DNA of 64,000 nt from an uncultured Nitrososphaeraceae archaeon. Its GTDB lineage: Archaea; Thermoproteota; Nitrososphaeria; Nitrososphaerales; Nitrososphaeraceae. The stretch covers positions 416,001-480,000 of the forward strand of contig CAVZZA010000005.1 of NCBI GenBank assembly GCA_963779615.1, in the 5' to 3' direction. The notes under the pieces were generated by a model that did not search any database, had not been told where the DNA came from, and worked only from the letters and a program-made list of their open reading frames with translations. Below are positions 10,080-19,991 of the stretch, piece after piece (the first letter of the stretch is position 1; every line of letters starts with the position of its first letter). The position numbers and the translations under genes are program-made.

Positions 10080-11339
10080 TTAGTTAAATCCACCTTGTTT
10101 TGGTCTTTCCAGATAATTAGTTTTATGTTCAATTCCTACATTGTTCCGTTTACGAATAAAGTAGGCTTTTCTATTATGACTCATTAGTAATGGTCACTTA
10201 TAGCAATTGCTATTTAACGCTTGTGTTATTTATTGTAATTGTTTTACTAAATTTACAAAAGATAAAAAATTCGTTATGGCTACAAGTGTAAAATGAAGAA
10301 TATGATTCTGTGTGTCCCTTGACCAATATTTTTTGGGTATTTTGGAGAAGTAACAGAATAATTTAAACCCATGGGGTAGAAAAAGAATTAAGAAAAGTTT
10401 AGTTTGGACAATTGGTGTCAGCATGTTTCTACCTAGAAGTATGGATCTTAAAACCAACAGAAGATTTGGAGTTGAGGCCTTTTCGGTTCAGAGAAAGTGA
10501 AAAAATAATATTCAATTAATATGAACACGAAGAAGTCTAGCATACCACCGATATATAAAATACAAGATAACTTCATTGTGATGTTGAACAAAATGCCAGT
10601 CCTTCAAATAGACATTTCATGAAAGAAGATATCATATTCTAAATTCTATAGTTCTAGAATTACAGAAATACTTTGAAATAGGACAATAAAAACGAACTTT
10701 CTGTCATTTACAAATAAAGAGGAACGGATGAAAAACAAAATAGATCAATCAAAAATGACATTTGAAGAAGTTAAAGAAATAATTTGCAAAAAGGAAATTT
10801 ATGACGAGCACCCCAATTATAGAACTAATAAAATTAACAGGCTATGGAATTAAAAAAGATATGAGGACAAATCAAGTTATAATAACTTAAGAAAATAACA
10901 ATGCATGATCTATTATTTTTAGATATAGCCTTTTTTATCTTAAAACCGTTATTATCATATTTCATAATTTTGATTATGTAAAAACGTTATTCTTAAAGGA
11001 CTATGAAACAATTCCTTGTTTTTCTGATCCACTGACCATGGAGAATGCTCAAAATCAAATATTGCATAATATTTCTCATTTCATCAAATTTTTTCTCCAA
11101 TACATCAAATCAGAAATTTATACTGATTGTTCATCAACTGCGGATGGATTTTTTTTCTGAATCTTATCAACTAAACCGTTGTGTTGCAAGAATCTTGAAT
11201 TTTTCAATATTATTTTTATTGGCAAACTTAACACTATCTTGCATAATGTCAAGAAAACAAATTGTATATAGAATTTTAATATTATTATAACTACTAGGCA
11301 AATTTTGTATTACATTAAATTATAAATATCTCATCACCA

Positions 11340-12221
11340 TTAATCGATAGTTATTAATTCCTTAAACAATGAATCCAAAACGGGTTTTATCATATTTGTG
11401 ATTATCTCACTAATATCTGGTCTATAATAATGATTAACAAATATCGTTGAAGGGGTCCTTCCTTGCATTAGATCGATTGTTTCAGATTCTATTCAATTGT
11501 TCCTTAAATAGGTAGCGAAAATTTTGCGGCAATAATACATATTCGTTTTTAGGCCACATGCTTTGAATTTTTTTTTAAAAGAAGTATAATTTAAAACCCG
11601 ACAGTATTTTTTGCCGTTTCCAAAATTTCCTTATTAGTTATGCTTAGGTATGCTTTTTTTGGGACCCTTAGAAAAACATTTGGAAACCTGTAATGCAGCA
11701 ATAGCATGCGTTCCTTATCTATATACTCATCGGGTTTAATTTTTACCAGTTTAATGGCATTATAAGATTCATCAGGTCGCAAACGAGTCAGTGTGTTAAA
11801 TAATACAGGATTCCCATACTCTTTTGGCAATTTATGTATTGAATCCTTTATCCATTTAACCATGAAAGGATAGCTTTTGTCTTAATTGCTAAAGATCTTC
11901 TGGAAAACTTCATAACCGCCTTTCTGGGTCCACTTTAACTGATACCTTTTGATCAAATCCTGCCGTTTATCATAAATTCCCAGGTAGTTGGATAAAGACG
12001 ACAAGGATTTCATGGCGTGTTGCCTTGTTTCTCCTGATAATGTTAAAAGCACCTCGGCATTGTTAGATTGAAGCACCCCCATAGGATCTTTTGGCATGCT
12101 GGAGTTTGTTCCTCATGGTGTGATGGCTTTGTTTTTGACCTATCAGATAGTCCTTATAATCATTCCATAATTTAGTATCATTGTTAATATTATTGTTACC
12201 AATAGAATCCCTCTCCCGGCG
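11340..12221 (-). pseudogene. int: Decayed tyrosine integrase, paralogue of 5454-6305
   Basis: Fragments 11591-11863 and 11882-12097 align with the first integrase; several stops and frameshifts; shared 3' flank ATCACCATTAATC. Confidence 0.9.
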
Positions 12222-12223
12222 CT
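12204..12223 (+). repeat. att site copy 2 (tRNA-Ser-like 3' end)
   Basis: Exact 20-bp match to 6327-6346. Confidence 0.85.
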
Positions 12224-12288
12224 GATTTTCTTTGATTTTTTATGCTGAAATTATTGGTTTTAGTAGTGCTTTGAGGCATGCAGTTATT

Positions 12289-12365
12289 GGGAGATTGATT
12301 CGAACCCTCGAGGCCCTCACGGGCCACAAGCTTTAGCTGGTCTGACATGTCATTATCCCTCTCAA
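12289..12365 (-). pseudogene. Degenerate tRNA-Ser 3' fragment (variable arm, T arm, possibly intron)
   Basis: Minus strand reads TGTGGCCC-GTGA-GGGCC-TC-GAGGGTTCGAATCaaTCTCCC; no D arm or 5' acceptor strand. Confidence 0.7.
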
Positions 12366-12396
12366 AATCGGAACTATGGCAACTGTCAACCTTTTT

Positions 12397-12504
12397 CTTA
12401 CCGATTTTGGCAAGGTTGGTTAAGGATTCTTTATGGTCGATCTCACTGAATTTGGTAAGATTTTTCTGATCCTCACTGTTAATTTTGCTGCTGATTGTAG
12501 CAAG
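12397..12504. repeat. Three 18-bp imperfect palindromes at 45-bp spacing
   Basis: CTTACCGATTTTGGCAAG (12397), CTCACTGAATTTGGTAAG (12442), GCTGCTGATTGTAGCAAG (12487). Confidence 0.6.
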
Positions 12505-12963
12505 TCACAATCAGGAAATAACTTTAGCAATAATGGCAGCTCTTTTTCGAAAAGAATGGAAAGTTTCTTTTTGATAAAGGACTGTATTCATAGGATTTTG
12601 CAATGTCCTTTTGGCCTTGAAGAAAATGGATTCGGACTTGGAAAGAAGCGACACTTTCTGGATGGACAACAAAAAGCATTAAAATTTTTAAATTACAGTA
12701 TGATCATATGTTGGAATCAATCAAATTTTTGGATTAATATCCCCTTTTTTATCCTTGAAAAAAGGCATATTATCGTAGTATCTTTATTGCTATTGAAGGT
12801 AAGTGTAAACAAAATTGTTAAATTACTAGGCAAAGTTATGCTAAACATTCCTATTTACATTCATAGTATAAAGATCATGCTTACCTTTTCAGGTAAACAA
12901 ATTCCAATAAAATATCAGGGATCAACAATCCTATTCCAGTTATACAAAAAATGTGAATGAATT

Positions 12964-13578
12964 TTGACTATGAACAACACAAAAAACATTTTATTAGTAG
13001 CTATAATCGCAGCAACAATGGTTATGGGTACAAGCGTTATCCCGATGCAGTCATATGCAGACAGGGATGATAATGGCCACAAAAAAACCAAGGACTTTGT
13101 ATCCTCAATAACCGCAAGCGCTGAATCAGACAAAAAGAGCTCAAGCCAGCACCAGGACCAGGACAACTTCTGCTACAGGGGTGACAACGATTGTGAACAA
13201 GCAAATGAGGGACAACAATTAGCAGGAAAGGACAATGAAGCAACGGGGTTCAATGACCAAAGCGACAACCTTGACCTATCCGCAATAGGAACTGGAATAG
13301 GCAATGCAACAGGCAATGCAACAGGCAATGGAAATGGCGGAACACCTCAACAACGATGTGAACTTTGTCTACTGAATGTGGATTTAGCAGTATTCTTCTC
13401 CAATCCTGTAGTTCGTGAGTTAGGAATTGATAACAATGCAGATCTTTGTGCAGCACTCGCAGCTGGTACACTTTCAACAGTTGTATTAGGTTTATTATTG
13501 GAGGCCCTGGATATTCCTACTGAACAATGCTTGATAGCCGCAGGCATTAATCTACCAACAAGGTCTCCAGAAATATAG
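12964..13578 (+). CDS. Secreted hypothetical protein with Q/N/D-rich segment and Cys-containing C-terminal domain
   Basis: Signal peptide ending SYA; GNATGNATGN linker; six Cys. Confidence 0.7.
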   Translation: MTMNNTKNILLVAIIAATMVMGTSVIPMQSYADRDDNGHKKTKDFVSSITASAESDKKSSSQHQDQDNFCYRGDNDCEQANEGQQLAGKDNEATGFNDQSDNLDLSAIGTGIGNATGNATGNGNGGTPQQRCELCLLNVDLAVFFSNPVVRELGIDNNADLCAALAAGTLSTVVLGLLLEALDIPTEQCLIAAGINLPTRSPEI

Positions 13579-13602
13579 AAAAGAATTCCTGAATGGTGAA
13601 AA

Positions 13603-13640
13603 AGACACCAAAATAGGTGTCAATCTTTTTTTATTTTTAT
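13603..13640 (+). terminator. Hairpin plus T-tract terminator candidate
   Basis: GACACC-aaaata-GGTGTC followed by T runs just after the 13578 stop. Confidence 0.45.
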
Positions 13641-14437
13641 TAAAGTTCTTCGCATGTACAGAAGAGAATTTGTTTTTTACTATGGATACTAAAATTGCAT
13701 AGTCTTCAAATAGTTCCTTTAGTCTTTGGATACCTTCCAAATGTTCTTTGGAAAAATGAGAGTTTTTGATTAGTTTCATCATCTTTGTTTTTATCAGGAA
13801 TGTTATTTGTCAATAACATTTGATTGTCATATTTGAATATTAAATTAAGTTGTTGTTAGATTTTTATAATAAAATAAGAATATTGATATTATTATATCTA
13901 TGGGTAAATTTAATAAGGCGTAATACCATGCTATGCATTTTTAGATAATCATTTGAAAGCATCATAAGCAGCCTGTAGGACTTCCGGTTTTGTTTCTACA
14001 TTTCCAAGACTAAAAATATTCGGAATAGATAGCCCAGCAATATCGATACTGGTCCCCTGACATTTTACCAGGTGTTTGCATTCTTCATCTTTGGAACAAG
14101 GAAACTTCATTTGATATATTATTGTTAGTTATTGACATGCTATTAAAATTGTCCCCTTTAGCAATATAAATAACAAAATTATAAATATTGATCAAAATTT
14201 TCAGAAAAAATCTTTGAAACCTATAAAAACTAAGATAAATCTTTGAAACCAACAGAACCCCTATTTACCACAAAAAATTAGTCTCTCTAAGTCCATTGAA
14301 CAGCATTGAAATGTTTAGGTAATAAAAATATTAATTTGGCAAAACACTATTAAAGTGCGATTACAACCTTTATTTGCGATAGCTAATTTTCGTTATCTCT
14401 CCTTTCATATAATGCTTAAAACAAGTACTATGGAGAT

Positions 14438-14518
14438 TTGACTCTCTTATTGACTGAATTGACCTCTAGTTTGACCGAATTGACCGGATAATTGAACGTT
14501 TTTATAAGCAAGTTGACC
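14438..14518 (+). promoter_or_regulatory. Promoter with 21-bp periodic TTGAC array around TATA box
   Basis: TTGAC at 14438, 14450, 14459, 14471, 14480 and 14513, TTGAA at 14492; TTTATAAG at 14501; GTG start at 14539. Confidence 0.6.
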
Positions 14519-14538
14519 ACTATAATACACATGCTAAA

Positions 14539-16471
14539 GTGAGCAAACAAACACAACGAACAGGAGAATCACTAGTGATACAAAAATACTTGCAGGGCAA
14601 ATCCATGAACAAAATAGCAAATGAAACTAAAATCTCAAAAGGCAAAGTACATTATTTGATAAATGAATGGAAGGACAAAATAGGGTCATCAGACATTGAT
14701 GAAATAAAGGAATTTGTGGGCCTGGTTAAAAAATCCGGGATTTCAATTGATCAGTGTGCGAAAGGCTTCAGGACAACAAACATTTTGAAAGGTTTTGGAA
14801 TAAAAAATGAGGATACTGATGATGATGACGGCAATGGTATAACAGGCGATAATAATGACCATACAGAATTCTCCACATTTATAGAAGACGTCTACAAAAA
14901 CTGCAAAACACTAAACATTTCCCCGGCTATCATACAATCATGGATTAGGGATTGATTTTAATTCCGCTTACCTTTCCTCCTCGGATCCCAAGAAAAGCTC
15001 TTTTTCCTTGTGGGACATTGACGGCAAGGAGGATGATACTTACGATAAAGCACAGACAGCATCTGTAAAAACAGGTAAAGATACAAAAGAATTTCAAAAA
15101 AACATTACCAAAGAATCTGATTCAAATACAATTGACAACATAAAATCCAATTCACTTTTAAAAAAGATTGCACCCGACCTCAATCCCAAATCAACAGATG
15201 ACTTTTCACCAGAAACCAAGATACTATTCATTTCACAAGTATCCTTTTACATTGCCCAAAAGAATAAAGAATTAGCCAGATTAAAAAGCCAGCAAAACAC
15301 CATAGAAAGCAACATACAAAAACTTGAAGAGCAAAAAAACAGGGCAACAGAAAACCTAAACCAAATATCCCAAAGAGAAAAATTCGCGCTAGACTATATT
15401 AAATGGTTTTATGGCTTGGAAAAAGCGTTGCGGGAAAACCATTCAATCAACATAAAGGAAGACATACAGGGCTTTTCACAACTCATAAAAGATTTTGGGG
15501 AACATGGTTATGATGCTAATGAGATAATACATGAGTATCTAAGGTCACTATCCATCAAACTGGAAATAAAGACACATACAGCTGATTTACAATCACTTCA
15601 AAATCAAAAAATTGACCTAACAAAGTCACTGGCATATTTGCAATCTCAAACAAGTCAGCACAAGCAAACCATGGGCATTTATCGTGAACTTGAAGGCATG
15701 AAGTTTGGCCTTAAAGAGATAAAGCAATTATGGAATAACATTTTGGAAATAACTGAGGCTAATTGCATTTCCCATAAGGAAGCGGTTTCCAAATTTCTCA
15801 AAGACATAGAAGAACAATATGATGATAAACTTGGATTTGAAGCCAAAGTAAATGAGAAAAGGGGTGAGCTTGTTCTTGTGAATAAGGAATTAAGCAACAG
15901 TCGGCAAATTTTGTGGTTTACCCCATTGGTAGGTCCATCTTTGTCCAATCTTTTTCAAAAGGGCACAGGCGAACAAGACATCATAGGCATTAACCAACTA
16001 GTTGAAACTTGCACAGGTAATGCTAATTTCAGCAATTCAGGGACTGGTCCCCAAAAAGAAGACCGGATCAAAGATAAAGACAAAGACACAAACAATGGCA
16101 ATAAAATCACAAGCAGATCAGAATACTGGAAGCTATTGGCAGATGAACTAAAAAAATACGGAAATATCAGATTGGCAATAAAGGAGCAGCAGGAAAATCA
16201 CGATAATTTGCAAAAAGAAGTAAATCACCTAAATAATCAAAAGCAAGAGTTATCAGCTTACTTGCAAATAGCAACCTCTTTTATAAATGCATTAAATAAC
16301 CAAATTTCTTATTATAAGGGATTTATGGACCAACTCAACAGGGATCTGAACTATAGAATTAATTTATCAACCGGGTTTTCGCATCCGTTTATACTGATAG
16401 TAAGTAAAAGTACAGACAAAGACAAAGATGGTACAGGAAAACAAGATGACGAAAAAACAAGTATTGCATGA
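14539..16471 (+). pseudogene. N-terminal HTH plus long coiled-coil protein, interrupted at ~14950
   Basis: YLQGKSMNKIANETKISKGKVHYLINEW HTH in 14539-14955; heptad-rich 15008-16471 in another frame. Confidence 0.6.
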
Positions 16472-16680
16472 AACCGCCACCACATAAGCACAATAGTCAA
16501 CAAAACAAATAATTGGAAAAAATCAAACGTCTTTAAAGGTGCATACAGCTCATCATTTTGTTCTTTTAATGCAGAATAAACCATGTAATTATTTTGAAAT
16601 ACTACATGCTCAAAATCTAATATATATATAATCATTCGTTGGTGGTTTATAGTGGAGTTTTCATTAACTTCATTCTTTTG

Positions 16681-16744
16681 TGTTTCTCCTCGAGTGTTGC
16701 CACTGAGGTCTGATCCCTATCCCGGCGCCTTCCACTTGGAGACA
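16681..16744 (+). repeat. att site copy 3 (degenerate) with both inverted arms
   Basis: TGTTTCTCCTCGAGTG-ttgccactgaggtctg-ATCCCTaTCCCGGCGC-cttccactt-GGAGACA. Confidence 0.65.
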
Positions 16745-17179
16745 TACAGGTATATTTTATGACTAAAACAATCAAATCAAAATATCCATAGTCAAGACAA
16801 AGCGGCAATTGCCAAAATTTCAGTATGCAATCTAACGAAAATCACACATTTTAACACTAGATGGAAGCAACTTAAAAGACGACCTGATAGCAATTATGCT
16901 AAAGGAGCAGGCAGCAAAGAAACCTCAAGCGAGGGCAAGCAATGCTATTTGATGCACACATTGGTTAAACCATTTGAACGACCTTTACCTTGAAGAACAA
17001 ATTGCATTGATCAAAATGAATTTTATTGAGATTGAATAATTTGTTTGGTTACAGCCTACCGAAGCACATTTTATCAATTCAAACTACACATGCGCTTGAC
17101 GCCTGGGTGATTTGGCATAACACTTGATGAATTTATCGTACTCTTTTAATTCCTAATGCAAAACATTACCATATAGGTA

Positions 17180-18178
17180 ATGCAAAAGACTATCATACGT
17201 TATAACGAGAACCAAGTGATAGAAGGGACTGCTGCTGCCTCCAATGAGGATAAAAAAAACGGAGATAACCTTTGGATAGACCTGGTAGATCCTGAGTCGT
17301 CCGAAATCTCCAATTTGGAAAAGACATTTAATTTTGATCATAAATCAATAGAAAAGATAGAGCAGAAATCAAAAAAGCCACAGGTCATGATATTCGCCAA
17401 CCATAAATTCACGGTTTTTCTCGCCCTAAAGTTCAATACCATACAACACCTAAAGACAAGCGCCATTTACTTTTTGGTAGGAAATGACTGGTTAATAACC
17501 ATTCACTCCAGAGAGGTTGACCTTGTAACGAAAGGCAGAATAATTCTTTCAGAGGGAAAAAGGACTTTGGAGTCTTCCATTGATGCGCTGTATTACAGCA
17601 TTTTATCAAGCATGGTAGAAACATATGAACAAATTTTAACAGCAATAGAGCTTGAGGTGGTCAAAGTCGAAAAAAAGGCCCAGCAAAGGCCGTCGGGAAA
17701 TGTTCTCAAGCATCTTGACTTGCTATCCAGGCAAATAATCATCCTTCGAAGGCATTTCTGGCGCGCAAGGCATATTATAAACTACCATACCCATATGGAG
17801 GAGGATAAACAAGACATAAAGTTTCTCAAGATTGTATACGATGACATAAACCAGCTTATCGAAATGGTTCAGTCCTACCAAGACACCATAAATTCCACCA
17901 GGGACACATTTTCAAACAGCGTGTCACTGCAAACAAACGATGTGATGAGGGTGTTAACGATATTTTCCACTATAATATTGCCGCTATCACTATTGATAAG
18001 CATACTTGGTTTGCAGGGGTTCGATTTGAATAACCTGTCATCCATACCAAAATACTTTGGTTTACTGATAATAACCATGTTGACAATTACCGGCGTGTCG
18101 TTATTCTTATTTTGGAAAAAGCAGTGGATATTCTCCAAAGAAAAAATGATTATTGGCGATAACGATGCCAACACATAA
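17180..18178 (+). CDS. corA: CorA-family divalent cation transporter with non-canonical signature
   Basis: WIDL, LITIH, NDVMRVLTIFSTIILPL, two C-terminal TM helices; GLQ where GMN is expected. Confidence 0.85.
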   Translation: MQKTIIRYNENQVIEGTAAASNEDKKNGDNLWIDLVDPESSEISNLEKTFNFDHKSIEKIEQKSKKPQVMIFANHKFTVFLALKFNTIQHLKTSAIYFLVGNDWLITIHSREVDLVTKGRIILSEGKRTLESSIDALYYSILSSMVETYEQILTAIELEVVKVEKKAQQRPSGNVLKHLDLLSRQIIILRRHFWRARHIINYHTHMEEDKQDIKFLKIVYDDINQLIEMVQSYQDTINSTRDTFSNSVSLQTNDVMRVLTIFSTIILPLSLLISILGLQGFDLNNLSSIPKYFGLLIITMLTITGVSLFLFWKKQWIFSKEKMIIGDNDANT

Positions 18179-18507
18179 TAGTCATTCAATAAAGAGAACA
18201 GAGGCAAGACCCTTTGAATAAAGTGACTCTTTTTTAAGGTACATCCACATTCTTTAATCATTCTTAAACATTGGAATTCTTCTGTTTGTGGTTTTTTAGA
18301 GGACATGGTTCAATCCAGGTGAGTTTCTCCTATCAGTCGTCACACACAACACCTAAAAAAAAGATTGTCAAATACCAAAACGCCTCTTGATAACCATCCG
18401 CCTCAATAGTGGGTTTGCACTGCCACAAAAGGCATTTAATTTTGGTTATGACTTTCAAATGGTGGTAGCATGTTGCTGGTTCCAAAACCTAGAAAGGGTA
18501 AACCAAA

Positions 18508-18829
18508 ATGGGAAAGGTAAAGGTCAAAAGCCAGCAAAGATGTCAAAACAGTGATGTTAATGTACTATCCGAAAGACGATAGCTTTAAGCCATTTAGGGT
18601 GGATATAGAATATTGGGACCATCGGCCTGTTTTGACAAACAACGAGCTTGGAATAACTGTTCACATTGATGAGAATGTAGTGGCTGATTTGAGCGAGAGG
18701 ATAGAGCAGGAGTTAAGGTTATCGTGGCAGAAAGTTGTACAGGAATATGATGAGTCAATTTTGATATTCAAAAGTTTAAAGAAAGTCCGTGACAATTTGT
18801 TGAATTTAAAAAAGGTGGAGGAACGATAA
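18508..18829 (+). CDS. Hypothetical protein; probable extra A near 18528
   Basis: ORF 18551-18829; removing one A gives MGKVKVKASKDVKTVMLMYY from ATG 18508. Confidence 0.5.
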
Positions 18830-19342
18830 AACAGACAAAGGCAAACAGGGAAACGCAATAAGATTCGTTATTGTTTTTCCCCTACATCTGTAAAGGGTTG
18901 TTCCCTGTGCCCTCACGCACTCCAAACTTTAGCCATTTTCCGCATGGATATGCAGGCACCAGTGCAGGCAAGGACTTCCAACACTATCTATATTCTAATT
19001 TGGGGAGGTACCTTTTATTAAATCAAATGCACCTAGTTTAGCAACAAAACTATAAGGGTAGTAGAGCACATACCCATGATTATTTTACGTTGTTTTTTTT
19101 TTGAGACGACACAACACCACTAACAGGTGAATAATTTTTTATTTTTTTGTTTTGGATGATTTTCTATCTTTGACAATCCACCAGGTTACCAAAACAATTC
19201 CCAAAATAGGAAACCCTGAAATAAAAATATACGGAAACACCGCCAAGAAAGTAGAGGGTTCAAAAACATTCATATGATGCTACAGCAACAATCAAATATT
19301 TATTTTATTGTTTATTCCCCAAGGCCATGCAAAAGATGAAAA

Positions 19343-19840
19343 TCAGGACAGGTCTAGTGCCATCAAGTTAGCGTCCTCGCCATCCCTGTAATATGACTTT
19401 AGCACAGATTTTGTTTGGAAACCAAGTTTTTCATACAGAGATATCGCAGGCAGGTTACTTGTTCTGACCTCCAGGTAAATCTCATCGCCTTTTCGTGAGG
19501 CCACACCGTTGATTCCCTCAATCATCAAAGCCTTGCCAATGTTTTTCCCCCTATGTTGCTCCAAAAGAGAAATCGAAACAACGTGTCCTTTCTTTACAAA
19601 CCCTAACTTCCTAAAATTAGAGAATCCAAACTCCAGCTTGCACATGATATATCCAACAACATCACCTTCATATTCAGCCACAATGAAGGATTCAGGCATT
19701 TCACGGAGCAGAGACTCAAAGAAATACTCAGAATAGTGCTCAGGGAGAGTTTTTTCATTGATGTCGATAACAGATCCTAAATCAACTTGACTGCATCTTC
19801 TGATTGAATACCCATTAACAGTTCTTAAGGCTATTTGCAA
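19343..19840 (-). CDS. rimI: N-terminal acetyltransferase, RimI/Ard1 family
   Basis: TLPEHY, GHVVSIS, RGKNIGKAL, YLEVRTSN, YYRDGEDA. Confidence 0.92.
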   Translation of the reverse strand: MQIALRTVNGYSIRRCSQVDLGSVIDINEKTLPEHYSEYFFESLLREMPESFIVAEYEGDVVGYIMCKLEFGFSNFRKLGFVKKGHVVSISLLEQHRGKNIGKALMIEGINGVASRKGDEIYLEVRTSNLPAISLYEKLGFQTKSVLKSYYRDGEDANLMALDLS

Positions 19841-19991
19841 ACAGTATATAGACGGTTCAACAAATTATTTAACTTTATCACAAGAGATTGAAACCAACAA
19901 AAAAAATTACACATCTCATCATCTCATGGCCAGCCATTTCCGCTTTATAAAGATGGTTTAAATTACTTACAAAACTTTATGAACACAGTGA

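Larger units (their letters stand above)
6347..12223. mobile_element. Module B: cargo (secreted proteins, multicopper oxidase) plus decayed integrase, between identical 20-bp direct repeats
   Basis: Direct repeats 6327-6346 and 12204-12223; integrase pseudogene at the right end in the same geometry as module A. Confidence 0.75.
12224..16728. mobile_element. Module C: putative third accreted element or remnant
   Basis: Between att copy 2 and degenerate copy 3; holds an ORF remnant, a secreted protein and an HTH/coiled-coil gene; no integrase core. Confidence 0.5.

Noticed and set aside
10230-11330. Short ORFs in the AT-rich tract before the integrase pseudogene
   Set aside because: Fragmentary with no motifs; probably decayed cargo that I cannot assign
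12204-12365. Functional or split tRNA gene
   Set aside because: No D arm or 5' acceptor strand, T stem is mutated, and the fragments face opposite directions
12397-12504. Mini CRISPR array
   Set aside because: Only three short, divergent units, no leader and no cas genes; kept as candidate binding sites
12433-12960. 175-aa plus-strand ORF
   Set aside because: No recognisable motifs; overlaps a more plausible minus-strand remnant and the promoter of the next gene
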